NCBI GenBank assembly: GCA_951812325.1 | Contig: OX638294.1 | Span: forward strand, 3,198,859 to 3,262,858 | DNA from: an uncultured Thermoanaerobaculia bacterium | GTDB taxonomy: Bacteria; Acidobacteriota; Thermoanaerobaculia; Multivoradales; Multivoraceae | Length of the DNA: 64,000 bases | Reading direction: 5' to 3' | Shown here: one piece after another, positions 27,520 through 37,642 of the stretch | Numbering within the stretch: the first letter of the stretch is position 1 | How the letters are laid out: each line of letters starts with the position of its first letter | Notes under the pieces: generated by a model | Database searches by the model: none | What the model was told of the DNA's origin: nothing | What the model saw: the letters and a program-made list of their open reading frames with translations, nothing else | Program-made: the position numbers and the translations under genes

Positions 27520-28674
27520 ATGAGGTTCCGGAGACGGCAGGGGGCTACGGTCATCCGGCGCCGGCCGCTGTTGGCTCTGCGCGCCCTTCCGGAGTTCGCC
27601 CGTGGTCTCGGACGGCAAGCTGCGGCCGTCCGGTACTGGCCGCTGTGGGCGCTGCTCCTGGCGGCGGCGGCTGGTCCCGCGCCGGCCGGGGCGGCGGACT
27701 TCACGATCAAGATGGCGACGCTGTCGCCCGACGGGTCGCCCTGGGACGGATTCTTCGAAACGATGGGCCGGGACTGGGAGAAGGGAACCGATGGCCGGGT
27801 CAGCTTGACCATCTATCCCGGCGGCGTGGCGGGGGACGAGCCGGACATCCTGCGCAAGATGAAGATCGGCCAGTACCACGCGGCCGCTCTCTCGGTCAGC
27901 GGTCTGGCCGACATCTCCAGGGACTTCACCGTCTTCGAGATACCTCTCTTCTTCCGCTCCGAGCGCGAGATGTTCCATGTGCTGCGGGAACTGACACCCG
28001 GCTTGCGGACGACGCTCGACGAGAAGGGCTTCGTGCTCCTGGGCTGGGGCTACGTTGGCCAGGTCCACTTCTTCACGAATGAACGGGCGCGCACCGTCGA
28101 GGAGATGCAGGAGCTCAGGATCTTCACCTGGGCCGGCGACCAGGCGATGACGAACTGGTGGCGCCAGGGCGGTTTCAAGCCGGTCGCGCTGGCCGCCACG
28201 GATATCGTGACCGGCCTGCAGACCGGCATGATCGATGCCCTCGCGGTGCCGCCGATCTACGCCATGTCGGTCCAGTTCTTCAAGCAGGCGAAGTACTTCG
28301 CCGACATTCCGCTGATCCCCATGATGGGCGCCATCGTGGTCACGAAGCGGGCCTGGAACCGGGTCTCGGAAGCGGATCGGGGGGTGCTGGTCGATGGCGG
28401 TCAGCGGGCCGAGAACCGGATCTTCGAGACGATTCCCGACATCGAGCAGGCGACGATCAAGCTGATGGGCGGCCAGGGCCTCGAAGTCGTCCCGATCGTG
28501 GGCACCGAGGTCGAGGACGACTGGAAACGCATCGCCAACAGCTTTGCCGACGACATGCGGGGCAAGGTCGTGCCGGCGGCGATCTTCGACCGGGCGACGG
28601 CGGTACGGGACGCGTACCGGCAGCGTCAGGAGGCCGAAGCGGCCGCGTCTGCCGCTGCCGACGGCAGCCGTTAA
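27520..28674 (+). CDS. dctP: TRAP transporter solute-binding protein DctP
   Basis: Internal ATG (MRFRRRQG...) with GGGAGG RBS. Signal peptide, then DctP-family sequence. The track ORF's long N-terminal extension is rejected. Confidence 0.85.
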   Translation: MRFRRRQGATVIRRRPLLALRALPEFARGLGRQAAAVRYWPLWALLLAAAAGPAPAGAADFTIKMATLSPDGSPWDGFFETMGRDWEKGTDGRVSLTIYPGGVAGDEPDILRKMKIGQYHAAALSVSGLADISRDFTVFEIPLFFRSEREMFHVLRELTPGLRTTLDEKGFVLLGWGYVGQVHFFTNERARTVEEMQELRIFTWAGDQAMTNWWRQGGFKPVALAATDIVTGLQTGMIDALAVPPIYAMSVQFFKQAKYFADIPLIPMMGAIVVTKRAWNRVSEADRGVLVDGGQRAENRIFETIPDIEQATIKLMGGQGLEVVPIVGTEVEDDWKRIANSFADDMRGKVVPAAIFDRATAVRDAYRQRQEAEAAASAAADGSR

Positions 28675-28863
28675 CGCCGCCAGACCTAAGGGGCCCCACA
28701 CGCCATGTTCGGCTCCAGCCCCCACTTCGCCAGGACCCTTCACCGCGCCGCCTGCTGCGCTGTTGTTTCTGCGGTTCAAGCGCCCGCCGCCCCGGCGAAG
28801 ACGGCAACGTGAAGGCGCGGGCACTCTGCCCGCATTCGGTGCGCAGCGCCGTCGGGTGTTCGC

Positions 28864-30780
28864 TTGACCGGTAAGGGCGCCTCGCCCCGGCTCCGAGCGG
28901 CAGGGCGCCTCCTGCATCGGGTCGAAGACGGCCTTTCGAGCGTCCTTTTGGCCGCCATGGTGCTGCTGCCCTTGGCGGAGATCGTCGTGCGTCAGACCGG
29001 CGCCGGGATTCCCGGCGCGCTTCCCTTCGAACAGCATCTGACCCTGTGGATCGCTTTCCTGGGCGCGGCCCTGGCAGCGCGCGAGGGACGCCTGCTGGCC
29101 TTGGCCACCGGGAACTTCCTGCCCGAAGGCCGGTTCCGGGCGATCGCCGCGGTCTTCACCGGCGGCGTCAGCGCGATGGTGACGACGTTGCTCGGCAGGG
29201 CCAGCTTGGACCTGGTGCAGATCGAGCGCGAGGGCGGTATCGAGATGGCGGCCGGCGTACCCGTCTGGGTGGGCCAGGCTGTCATGCCGTTGGGCTTTGC
29301 GCTCCTGGCCCTGCGACTGGCCTGGAAGTCGTCGGAACTCTGGGCCGGGCGCGCCCTGGCCGCGTTTGGCATCGTGCTGGGGCTGTGGATCGGCGGCAAC
29401 GCCGAGGCGTTCGGCGAGCTTCCGGCGACACCCTGGCTGGTCCTGATCCTGGCTTCGACCCTGCTCGGCGGGCCGATCTTCGCCGCCCTCGGCGGCGCCG
29501 GGGTGTTTCTGTTCCTGTCCGACTTCGTGCCGCTCGCTGCGATTCCGGCCGAGAGCTACCGGCTCGCCGTGTCGCCCACCCTGGCGGCGATCCCGCTGTT
29601 CACGCTGACTGGCTTCCTGCTCGCCGAGGGCGGGGCGTCGGAGAGGCTGCTCAGGGTGTTCCGCGCCCTGTTCGGCTGGGCGCCGGGCAGCACCGCCGTC
29701 GTGTGCGCCGTCGTCTGCGCGTTCTTCACCGTCTTCACGGGCGGTTCCGGCGTCACGATTCTGGCGCTGGGCGGCGTGCTCTTCGCCGCCCTTTCGGCCG
29801 ATGGCTACCGTGAGCGCTTCTCGCTCGGTCTGCTTACGTCGTCGGGTTCGCTCGGCCTCCTGTTGCCGCCGGCCCTGCCGCTCATCCTCTTCGGCATCGT
29901 CGCGCAGGTGCCGATCGAGGATCTGTTCATTGGGGGGATCCTCCCCGGCCTGCTCCTGATCGCGCTGATTGCTGCGTGGGGCGTCAGGGAGGGGTTGCGC
30001 GCCGGCGCTGGCGGGACCTCGATCTCCGGGAAGGAAGAGGGGGGCGCCACCGGCCCGGGCGAATGGGAAGGGTTGCCGCCCGTCTTGAGGCGATTGCTGC
30101 CGCCCGGCGTCATCGAGATGGTGTGGGCAGTCTGGGGCGGCAAGTGGGAGCTGCTGCTGCCTGTCGTCGTCCTGGGCGCCTTCTTCAGCGGCTACGCGAC
30201 CCTGGTCGAAACGGCCGCGCTGGCGGCTCTCTACGCCTTCGTCGTCCAGTGCCTGATCCACCGGGACGTGAAGCTGGGCAAGCCCCTGCTGGCCGTCTTC
30301 CGGCAGTGCACCGTGCTGGTCGGTGGCGTGCTGATCATCCTGGTCGTGGCAATGGGACTCACGAGTTGGCTGGTCGATGTCCAGGCGGCCCAGAGTCTGG
30401 TTGAACTTGCCCAGGACAACATCGAGTCGAAGATCCTGTTCCTGTTGCTGCTGAACGTCTTTCTGCTCCTCGTCGGCTGCCTGATGGACATCTTCTCGGC
30501 CACGGTGGTCGTCGTCCCCCTGATCGTCCCGCTCGGTCTGGCCTTCGGCGTCGATCCGATCCACCTCGGGATCATCTTCGTCGCGAATCTGGAGCTCGGG
30601 TACCTGACGCCGCCGGTCGGCCTCAACCTGTTCCTCGCGTCCTATCGCTTCGAGCGGCCGCTGCTCGAGATCTACCGGGCCGCGGCGCCGGCACTCGTCA
30701 TACTCGGCGTCGGCGTGCTGCTGATCACCTACGTGCCGGTTCTGACCCTGGGCCTGCTTGAGCTGTTGGGGAAGCGGTAG
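28864..30780 (+). CDS. TRAP transporter fused small/large permease DctQM
   Basis: 638 aa. DctQ-like N-terminal four TM helices followed by the DctM 12-TM permease. Confidence 0.85.
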   Translation: MTGKGASPRLRAAGRLLHRVEDGLSSVLLAAMVLLPLAEIVVRQTGAGIPGALPFEQHLTLWIAFLGAALAAREGRLLALATGNFLPEGRFRAIAAVFTGGVSAMVTTLLGRASLDLVQIEREGGIEMAAGVPVWVGQAVMPLGFALLALRLAWKSSELWAGRALAAFGIVLGLWIGGNAEAFGELPATPWLVLILASTLLGGPIFAALGGAGVFLFLSDFVPLAAIPAESYRLAVSPTLAAIPLFTLTGFLLAEGGASERLLRVFRALFGWAPGSTAVVCAVVCAFFTVFTGGSGVTILALGGVLFAALSADGYRERFSLGLLTSSGSLGLLLPPALPLILFGIVAQVPIEDLFIGGILPGLLLIALIAAWGVREGLRAGAGGTSISGKEEGGATGPGEWEGLPPVLRRLLPPGVIEMVWAVWGGKWELLLPVVVLGAFFSGYATLVETAALAALYAFVVQCLIHRDVKLGKPLLAVFRQCTVLVGGVLIILVVAMGLTSWLVDVQAAQSLVELAQDNIESKILFLLLLNVFLLLVGCLMDIFSATVVVVPLIVPLGLAFGVDPIHLGIIFVANLELGYLTPPVGLNLFLASYRFERPLLEIYRAAAPALVILGVGVLLITYVPVLTLGLLELLGKR

Positions 30781-30932
30781 CCGGGAACGCCTCGACGGCT
30801 TGTGAAGGCTTGAACTGAGGCCATCGGCACTTCTGATGCCCGGCACGCGGGGTCGTGTATCGTCATGGATCCGGCTGGCGTTGTTCGCAGACCGCCGGAC
30901 ACTCGGCCTGCACACTGACGGAGACAACACTC

Positions 30933-31625
30933 GTGCGAATCGAGCCGGAGATCAGTGCCGTGAGCGTCGTGCTGCTTGGCTCTTTCAACCCGGCCATCTT
31001 CACTCCCGCCTGGTTCGGGCTGCAGGGCCTCCTGCCAAGGGCGGCAGTGGAGAGCGCCGAGCTGGGCGTTGCCCACGCAAGCGTTACGGAGTTCGCTGCC
31101 GAGTGGCTGAAGCTGGGCGTCCGGCCCGACAGGTTTGCGGCCGAGACGTCGCAGGCGCCATTGATCCGGGTCAGCGACCTGGTAGTGCGGACGTTTCGAG
31201 AGCTGCTGCCCCACACCCCCATCGAGGCGCTCGGGATCAATCGGGAAGTCCACTTCCGGGTACTGAGCGTGGCTGAGCGAGACCGGATCGGTCGGAAGCT
31301 GGCGCCCACCGAACCTTGGGGAGATTGGGGAAGGCTCATTGAACCTGACGGCGCTCACGGCGGGATGACGTCGCTCACGATGAGGCAGCAACGAGTGGAA
31401 GGCCGGCCTCCGGAAGATACGATCAACGTGACGGTGGAACCTTCGGTGCGCCTCGGGAGTACGGGCGTCTTTGTGCGTGTGAACGACCACTACACGGCTC
31501 ACGGGAACGGTCACGAGGGAGGCAGCGTCCTGATCGAGCGGCTGGAAGGAGAGTTCGAAGAGTCGAGGGAACGCAGCGAGAGCTTGATCGACCAGGTCAT
31601 GTCGCTCGCCGGAGGGCAGGACTGA
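30933..31625 (+). CDS. Hypothetical protein (gene 1 of a three-gene coupled cassette)
   Basis: GTG start (VRIEPEISAVSVVLLGSFNPAIFTPAWF) with GGAGA 9 nt upstream. Stop overlaps the next start (TGATG). No recognisable motif. Confidence 0.55.
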   Translation: MRIEPEISAVSVVLLGSFNPAIFTPAWFGLQGLLPRAAVESAELGVAHASVTEFAAEWLKLGVRPDRFAAETSQAPLIRVSDLVVRTFRELLPHTPIEALGINREVHFRVLSVAERDRIGRKLAPTEPWGDWGRLIEPDGAHGGMTSLTMRQQRVEGRPPEDTINVTVEPSVRLGSTGVFVRVNDHYTAHGNGHEGGSVLIERLEGEFEESRERSESLIDQVMSLAGGQD

Positions 31626-32209
31626 TGTCCCTTTCTGCTGTTGTCGAGCGTCGGAGCGGGACGTCGGACTCCGTTGGCGGAAACCAACCGACCGGGATGC
31701 GGGCCAGCATCGATCGCGAACCGATCTTGCGTCTTGTCGAGGGCTTTCCGTCGATCTTCTTTGCCGGGAGCACCGACTCCCAACAAGAGCGGCGTTCTGA
31801 GGGCTCGTCCTTCGGAGACCTCGGAAGCGTGGATTTTGCCAGGATTCCGGCACCCAGACCCGACCACGCTCGACCGCAGGCGACGCTTCACGCTCTTCAG
31901 GAGTGGGAGGGCTTCGTGGTCGGGATCGGATCCGAGACGTTCGAGGCGCGGCTCCTCGACGTGACCGCCGGAGACCGCTGCGACTCCGCGGAGGCGACGA
32001 TCCCGCTCCAGGAGATCGCTCATGGAGATCTCGAACGGATGGAGATCGGCAGTATCTTCAGGTGGGTGATCGGCCATGAGATCTCCTCAGCCGGGTCCAA
32101 GCGGCGGGTTTCGCAGATCGTCTTCCGGGACCTGCCGGCAGTGACGCGCGCCGCCGAGCGCGCCGGCAGCCGATGGGCTCGGAACGTCATGGACAAGTTC
32201 GGTCTGTGA
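31625..32209 (+). CDS. Hypothetical protein (gene 2 of cassette)
   Basis: 194 aa. ATG overlaps the previous stop. Its stop overlaps the GTG of the next gene (GTGA). No recognisable motif. Confidence 0.5.
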   Translation: MSLSAVVERRSGTSDSVGGNQPTGMRASIDREPILRLVEGFPSIFFAGSTDSQQERRSEGSSFGDLGSVDFARIPAPRPDHARPQATLHALQEWEGFVVGIGSETFEARLLDVTAGDRCDSAEATIPLQEIAHGDLERMEIGSIFRWVIGHEISSAGSKRRVSQIVFRDLPAVTRAAERAGSRWARNVMDKFGL

Positions 32210-33279
32210 GCTCGGGCTTCGGCCTTCCTCCGGCCCCCGAAGAGTTTGAACTCACTGTGATCGGGCCGGGGTACGGCGAGAGCGTCGTGGTTCATTTGGG
32301 CCGTGGCGCGTGGATGATCGTGGATTCCTGCGTCGATTCCGGAGGAGCGCCTCACCCGTTGCGCTACCTGGAGGACCTTGGCATCGAGCCGGCGGAGTCC
32401 GTTCGGTTCGTCGTTGCGACCCATTGGCACGACGACCACATCAGGGGCATGGCGCAAGTCGTCACTCGCTGCCTGAGAGCGCGTTTCTGCTGCTCGGGCG
32501 CTTTGGCAAGAAGGGAGTTCCTGGTTGCGGTGGGGAAGAGCGAAGAGCGGCCACGCTCGCGTGTTTCGTCAGGATTGAGGGAGTTGCACGGGGTGTTCAG
32601 TCAGCTCTCCGAGAAGCCGACATGGGCTCTCGCAGATCGCCTGGTTCACAGAAGTTCGGACTCGGAAGTCTGGGCGCTTTCGCCGGACGACCTGGTCTTC
32701 AAGCGCTTCCTCGACTCCCTGGCGGGGCTGCTGCCTGATCGTGGCGCCCCGAAGAGGCGCATTCCGGACCTGTCGCCCAACGAGGTGTCGGTCGTGCTCT
32801 GGGTCCGCAGTGCGGGGGGCGTTGCCCTGTTGGGGGCAGATCTCGAGCGAGCTGGCTGGCAGCGTACTCTGGGCCGGGGAACAAGGCCAGAGGGCTTGGC
32901 TTCGGCGTTCAAGGTGCCGCATCACGGTGCAGAGACTGCGCACGAACCGGGAGTGTGGAAGCAGATGCTGACGCCCTCGCCTGTGGCGGTCCTCACGCCT
33001 TGGACGAGGGGCGGTCGAAGGCTCCCCGGTAGAGCGGACCTAAGCCGAATCCTCAGTGAGACGCCTCACGCCTACGCGACGGCGCCTCCGGGCCGGGTGC
33101 GCAGGGGGAAGCAACAGAGGCAGGTCGCACGAACACTCCGGGAAACGGGCGCTGAGGTCCGACGGGATGGGCAGCGGTTCGGGGCGGTTCGCCTGCGCAA
33201 GAGTCTCGACGATGCGGGGGAGTGGAGCATCGAGACCTTGGGTACTGCAGTGAGGTTGGGCGCAGGACGGCCCGCCTGA
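32206..33279 (+). CDS. Metallo-beta-lactamase-fold hydrolase (gene 3 of cassette)
   Basis: GTG start overlapping the upstream stop. MBL signature VVATHWHDDHIRG (HxHxDH) and a downstream FKVPHHGAE His-His motif. Confidence 0.65.
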   Translation: MSSGFGLPPAPEEFELTVIGPGYGESVVVHLGRGAWMIVDSCVDSGGAPHPLRYLEDLGIEPAESVRFVVATHWHDDHIRGMAQVVTRCLRARFCCSGALARREFLVAVGKSEERPRSRVSSGLRELHGVFSQLSEKPTWALADRLVHRSSDSEVWALSPDDLVFKRFLDSLAGLLPDRGAPKRRIPDLSPNEVSVVLWVRSAGGVALLGADLERAGWQRTLGRGTRPEGLASAFKVPHHGAETAHEPGVWKQMLTPSPVAVLTPWTRGGRRLPGRADLSRILSETPHAYATAPPGRVRRGKQQRQVARTLRETGAEVRRDGQRFGAVRLRKSLDDAGEWSIETLGTAVRLGAGRPA

Positions 33280-33511
33280 CCTGACTCGCAGCGAGCCGCT
33301 CGACGGCTTCGGTGGACGGCCAGGCCAGGGCTCAGGCCAGGTGCCGGGTTCTCTCTCCTGTCCGACCAGTGCCGCATCCCCGGGCGGCGAAGTCGAGGCT
33401 TCGACCGCGTCCCGGCCATGGTGGGGCGGCATGGTCGCCGCCCCTGGGTTCAGGTCACCGGTCGCGAGGCCGCCGGACCAACGTGTCCGTGACGCGTAGG
33501 ATAGGCGCCAG

Positions 33512-34069
33512 ATGAACTTGCGGCGTCTGCAGAGCATCGCCGTCCTCTGGTCGGCGGTCTTCGTGGTCGCCGCCATCCTGACCCTGGTGGGTCTTCAGGT
33601 CGTGCCGCGGGGCGTGCCGGGTCTGGTCGGGGCGTTGCATGCCCTCGTCGCGGCGGTCGGCTTCTTCTGCGGCGTCGCGGCGACCCGGCGCCGGGCGGAG
33701 ATCGAGGCTGAGCGTTGGAAGCGCGTGGAGGACGTGGACCTCACGTCGAGCGAGCGGGAGCATGCGCACCGGGAGGCGGAATCGGAACTGAAGCGAGCGA
33801 GCGCGCAGTTCCTGCTCGTCGGCGTGACGCTCGGCGGCTGGCTCGCCTACCAGTTGCGCGCCGAACGCCCGCAGGCGGGCGCCGCGGTCGCGGAGCTTCT
33901 CGGCGGCGAGGCGCCCCCCGTCGAGACCGCGGCAGAGGCCCTCGCTTCGGCGCCCGTGTACAGCCTGAGTGCCTCCGATCTGCTCATTGCGACGCCGCTG
34001 ATCGCCTTCGGTCTCGGCATGCTGTGGGCGCGCCGGGGCGCCGCCCGGTCAGCGCCCCGTGAGGGCTGA
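33512..34069 (+). CDS. Hypothetical membrane protein
   Basis: 185 aa. Two or three predicted TM helices (AVLWSAVFVVAAILTLVGL; LHALVAAVGFFCGVAA). Confidence 0.45.
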   Translation: MNLRRLQSIAVLWSAVFVVAAILTLVGLQVVPRGVPGLVGALHALVAAVGFFCGVAATRRRAEIEAERWKRVEDVDLTSSEREHAHREAESELKRASAQFLLVGVTLGGWLAYQLRAERPQAGAAVAELLGGEAPPVETAAEALASAPVYSLSASDLLIATPLIAFGLGMLWARRGAARSAPREG

Positions 34070-34087
34070 GCGGGACTGCCGCCAACG

Positions 34088-34384
34088 CTAACGCAGCCGC
34101 GCCACGGTGGCGCCCCATCCGCCGCCGCCGGGGCCGCCGCTCCTGAACGACACGACCCGCGGGTCGCGCTCGAGCACCTTGCGCACGATCTGGCGCTGGA
34201 CGCCGATCCCCCGACCGTGGATGATCCGGACCTCGCGGAACCCCCTCTCGTACGCGGCGTCGAGATAGCTCTCGACGACATCCTTCACCTCCCGGGGCTG
34301 GAAGGGATGGAGGTCGATCTCATCGCCGATGGGCACCTCGACGATTTCGTCCATGTCCGGCGCGAAGTCGTCTTCGGGGGCCAT
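34088..34384 (-). CDS. Smr-domain protein
   Basis: Only the 3' about 98 codons of the 507-aa track ORF (MAPEDDFAPD...). Smr motif EVRIIHGRGIGVQRQIV. The rest of the ORF is Arg-rich and off-frame to the downstream gene. Confidence 0.65.
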   Translation of the reverse strand: MAPEDDFAPDMDEIVEVPIGDEIDLHPFQPREVKDVVESYLDAAYERGFREVRIIHGRGIGVQRQIVRKVLERDPRVVSFRSGGPGGGGWGATVARLR

Positions 34385-34386
34385 GG

Positions 34387-37326
34387 CTAGAACAGCTTGA
34401 GGACGGCGATGAAGGCGCTCCAGCCGTCGTCGGGCCCGGCGAGCGCGGTGCCGACATCCATGTTGACCAATGTGCCCCACGGGCCGATGAAGGTGCCGAC
34501 GATGCCGACGCCGGCGAGCAATTCGTTGTCCAGGCCGGAGGCCGTGTCCGTTGCCCAGGCGGCGTCGCCGACCAGGTCGATGCGGAAGAGCTGACCGAGT
34601 TCGAAGCCGTACGTGATGTGGGCGGCCGCCGCGCTCTCGGCGCGCACCTTGTCGCTCTGGTAGCCGTGGACGGTGATGTCGGAGAAGAACCCGAACCCGT
34701 ACTTGCTGAAACGGTCCAGGTCGGCGCCGTCCACGTACTCGAAGGACAGACCGATCTTCTGGAACTTCGGCAGGTGCCAGGTCTTCGCGACGCCCACGTT
34801 CCAGAGCGTGTAGGTGTCCGGGGTCACGTTGGCGCCGCCCAGGCCCCAGGGTTCCCAGTCGCCTCGCCGGTTCCAGGCGCCGCCGAGTGCCAGCCGGTAG
34901 CCGGAACGCGTGTAGCGGAGGGTGGCGCCCAGGCTGTGGCTCAGGTGATCCGCGGGCAGGACGAAATCCTCGCCGGTCTCGTCGGCCCGCTGGAAGTTGT
35001 TCCAGGACAGCTCGTAGCGGAAATCGAGCTTGGTGTAGCTGCCGAGCGGCCGACCGAGGCTGAAGTCCATGTTCGGGCGCAGCCGTTCCACGTTCTCCCG
35101 CGGCGCCTCCCGGCCGTCGCGGTAGAGGGTGTCCTGGCCGGCGAAGGCGAGCGCGAAGACGTCGACGCCAGCATCCCAGCGGGAGCCGAACAGGCTCGGG
35201 TTCGCGACGTCGGCGAGGATCAGCGGACCGGCAATGAACAGGTCGGCCTGCATTCCCGTGCCCCGCCAGTCGAAGGCGAGCCAGTTCACGCCGCCCAGCG
35301 GCAGGGGGCCGTCCTGGGCTTCGTCGTAGAAGGCGCCGCCGAGGATGAACATCCGGGTCTTGTCGTCCTCCTTGACCGCCCGTTCGCCGGTCGCGCTGTC
35401 GACGGCCAGGTAGCGAAGCCCCACTTCCGTGTCGCGCACCATCGTCGCCTCGGAGGCCAGGACCGCCTGCCGGCGGGTTTCGAAGTCGCCGGGATTGATC
35501 CGGATGTCGGTGAGTTCGGTCAACCCCTCGACGACCGTCGTCGCGTTCAGCAGTGAGAACAGCCGCTGGCTGACGACGCGGGCCGGGAGCCAGTACGAGG
35601 ACCGCTCCCACGCCGCCGGCTCGCCCTTCTCGTCAACCGGGGTGTAGAACGTCGTTTCGTCGTTCGAGAGGACTTCGCCGGTCAGACCGAGCTGGACCGC
35701 GCGGGTCTTCACCCGGGCGTAGAGCTCGCGGTCCACCCACACCGTGCCGCGGAACAGGCTGCGGCCCTCGGCCAGCGCCGCCGCCGGCTCGAAGTCCACG
35801 ACCCAGGTGTCCCGGCCCTCGACGGTCGCGGTGCCGCGCAGCCGGTAGCGGTACTCCCTGGTGAAGGTGATCGCGGCAGGCATCGCGGCCGCCTTTTCCG
35901 GCTGAATCAGGGGGATCTCGGGGATCTTCTTGCGCCGCCAGCGAATGCCGTTGACAAAGAAGTTGTGCCAGGCCCAGTCGAAACCCGCTTCCTGGCGGAA
36001 GAAGAAGGGGCCCTGGAAGGTCACGTCGACCGTCTGGATGCCGGTGCCGAGCTGGAAGCGCAGCGAGGTCGTGTTCGTCGCGCTGTAGTTCGCGATCCGC
36101 CTCGACTGATCGTCCTCGAAGGCCTGCAGCCGCCTCAGAATTTCGCCGACCGGCACCTGGCGCGTGTCGGCGACCGACAACGTCTCCTCGATGCTCCCCG
36201 TCCCGTCCAGCTTGACCGCCAGATCGCGCTCGAGCCGGAAGACGAAGGGACCTTCCGTTGCGGCCAGTTCGAGTTGATAGCCGCTCCGGGTACGCCGGCC
36301 GCCGAACAGCAGGTCGGTCTCGCCGGTCGCGAGGTCGAAGCGGGCGGCCGAGCCGAGCTGCCGGTCGCTGAAGCGGAGCGTGACCGGCGCGCCCGCCGCT
36401 GGCGACACGACGATCCTCAGACTCAGGTCCTCGCCGTGGACGAAGCTCCAGGCCGTAGCACCCGAGGGCGTCGAGTAGGGATCGAAGGCGACATCCCCCG
36501 AGAACTCCTGAGCGATCAGGCGGGCGGCTTGAACGGCCGCCCGGTCGGCGTCCCCGTCGCCGGCGAGGGTGAACAGGGACAGGGTGGCGCCGGCCTCCGC
36601 CTCGGCCGCGGCGCGCACGAGCAGGTCGCCGCCGGCGTCCGCGGCCGCGGTCGGCTCGCGCTCGACCGCCATCAGGGCGTCCGGATCCAGGTCGCGGAGC
36701 AATCGCCTGATTGCGGCCAGGTCGACCTCGCCGGCCGCTGCGTCGACGCTGAACGAGACGCCGTCCAGATAGGCGTCGAGTTCCTGCCCGTAGAGGCTGC
36801 GAATCAAACCGTCATCGGCGGGAAACGACTGGGAGACGACGAGGGCATCGGGCTGTGCGCCGGAGACCGCCACCGCGGCACGCTTCAGGGCGAGGGCGTA
36901 CTCCTGGACTTGTACGGGTTCGTCCTGAAGCGCCACCGGCCAGACGAGCTGGAAGAAGGCGCCGGGCGACGCGGTCCGCGCGAGGTCGGCGAGCCGCTCC
37001 AGTTCCGTCGCCAGTTCGTCGCCGCGGTCGGCCGCCGGCGGGCGCTCGGCGAAGCGAACCGCGTACCACGGCACGGCGCCGCTGTCGCGCAACCGCGTCG
37101 CCGCCTCGGCCGCCGCGTCAATCCCGGCCTCATCCGCGAGATCGATCGGCCACTTGACCACCAGGAGCGCCTCCTCCGGCGCCTCCGGCAGCGTTCCCAG
37201 AACCTCCGCGACTCTCTCGGGGTCGTCAGTCGCCAGACCCACGCAGGGGTTGCACGGCAACTGCCCGGCCACTGGCAGGGCTCCAGCGAGCAGGAGAGCT
37301 ATCGCAGGAAGAGCTTGTTTCGTCAT
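34387..37326 (-). CDS. Large secreted outer-membrane protein with C-terminal Omp85/surface-antigen-type beta-barrel
   Basis: 979 aa. Signal peptide MTKQALPAIALLLAGALPVAG. C-terminal beta-barrel region ending ...AFIAVLKLF (terminal aromatic residue). Confidence 0.6.
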   Translation of the reverse strand: MTKQALPAIALLLAGALPVAGQLPCNPCVGLATDDPERVAEVLGTLPEAPEEALLVVKWPIDLADEAGIDAAAEAATRLRDSGAVPWYAVRFAERPPAADRGDELATELERLADLARTASPGAFFQLVWPVALQDEPVQVQEYALALKRAAVAVSGAQPDALVVSQSFPADDGLIRSLYGQELDAYLDGVSFSVDAAAGEVDLAAIRRLLRDLDPDALMAVEREPTAAADAGGDLLVRAAAEAEAGATLSLFTLAGDGDADRAAVQAARLIAQEFSGDVAFDPYSTPSGATAWSFVHGEDLSLRIVVSPAAGAPVTLRFSDRQLGSAARFDLATGETDLLFGGRRTRSGYQLELAATEGPFVFRLERDLAVKLDGTGSIEETLSVADTRQVPVGEILRRLQAFEDDQSRRIANYSATNTTSLRFQLGTGIQTVDVTFQGPFFFRQEAGFDWAWHNFFVNGIRWRRKKIPEIPLIQPEKAAAMPAAITFTREYRYRLRGTATVEGRDTWVVDFEPAAALAEGRSLFRGTVWVDRELYARVKTRAVQLGLTGEVLSNDETTFYTPVDEKGEPAAWERSSYWLPARVVSQRLFSLLNATTVVEGLTELTDIRINPGDFETRRQAVLASEATMVRDTEVGLRYLAVDSATGERAVKEDDKTRMFILGGAFYDEAQDGPLPLGGVNWLAFDWRGTGMQADLFIAGPLILADVANPSLFGSRWDAGVDVFALAFAGQDTLYRDGREAPRENVERLRPNMDFSLGRPLGSYTKLDFRYELSWNNFQRADETGEDFVLPADHLSHSLGATLRYTRSGYRLALGGAWNRRGDWEPWGLGGANVTPDTYTLWNVGVAKTWHLPKFQKIGLSFEYVDGADLDRFSKYGFGFFSDITVHGYQSDKVRAESAAAAHITYGFELGQLFRIDLVGDAAWATDTASGLDNELLAGVGIVGTFIGPWGTLVNMDVGTALAGPDDGWSAFIAVLKLF

Positions 37327-37467
37327 TTGCTTCTCTCAGTTCCGGACCAAGTGTCGAACCCTAGCCCGGATAACACGGAAAGGCGGACCGGATTCCCGAT
37401 ACCGGTTGCGCCGGCCTTCCGGCCGGCGCGTGTTCCTGGCCGCCTCCGGCGGCAGCCGGCCGCAAAG

Positions 37468-37522
37468 CCGGCGCACCTGTACCTTTGCTGGGTGGGTTCT
37501 GGTCCCTGTGCGAGGCCGTCCC
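37468..37522. repeat. Dispersed ~55-nt intergenic element, copy B (between the recA 3' end and the outer-membrane protein gene start)
   Basis: ccggcgcacctgtacctttgctgggtgggttctggtccctgtgcgaggccgtcc. Matches copy A. Confidence 0.7.
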
Positions 37523-37642
37523 AGTGGGGCGTCGCCCACAACGGGTCGCGCGCCCAGGGACAGGTCGGCGCCCGGCCTGACCCCAAGACGGGCGGGTGCG
37601 TCGTCCGCAGCCGCCGTCGCCGTCGCCGTCGGGCGACGGCGG

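Noticed and set aside
26878-30930. 1350-aa ORF (-) spanning the TRAP transporter region
   Set aside because: Antisense to dctP/dctQM and heavily R/G/D/Q biased. A typical high-GC shadow ORF.
34385-35611. Upstream 400 codons of the 507-aa ORF containing the Smr gene
   Set aside because: Overlaps the Omp85-like gene in another frame. Only the last 98 codons resemble an Smr domain.
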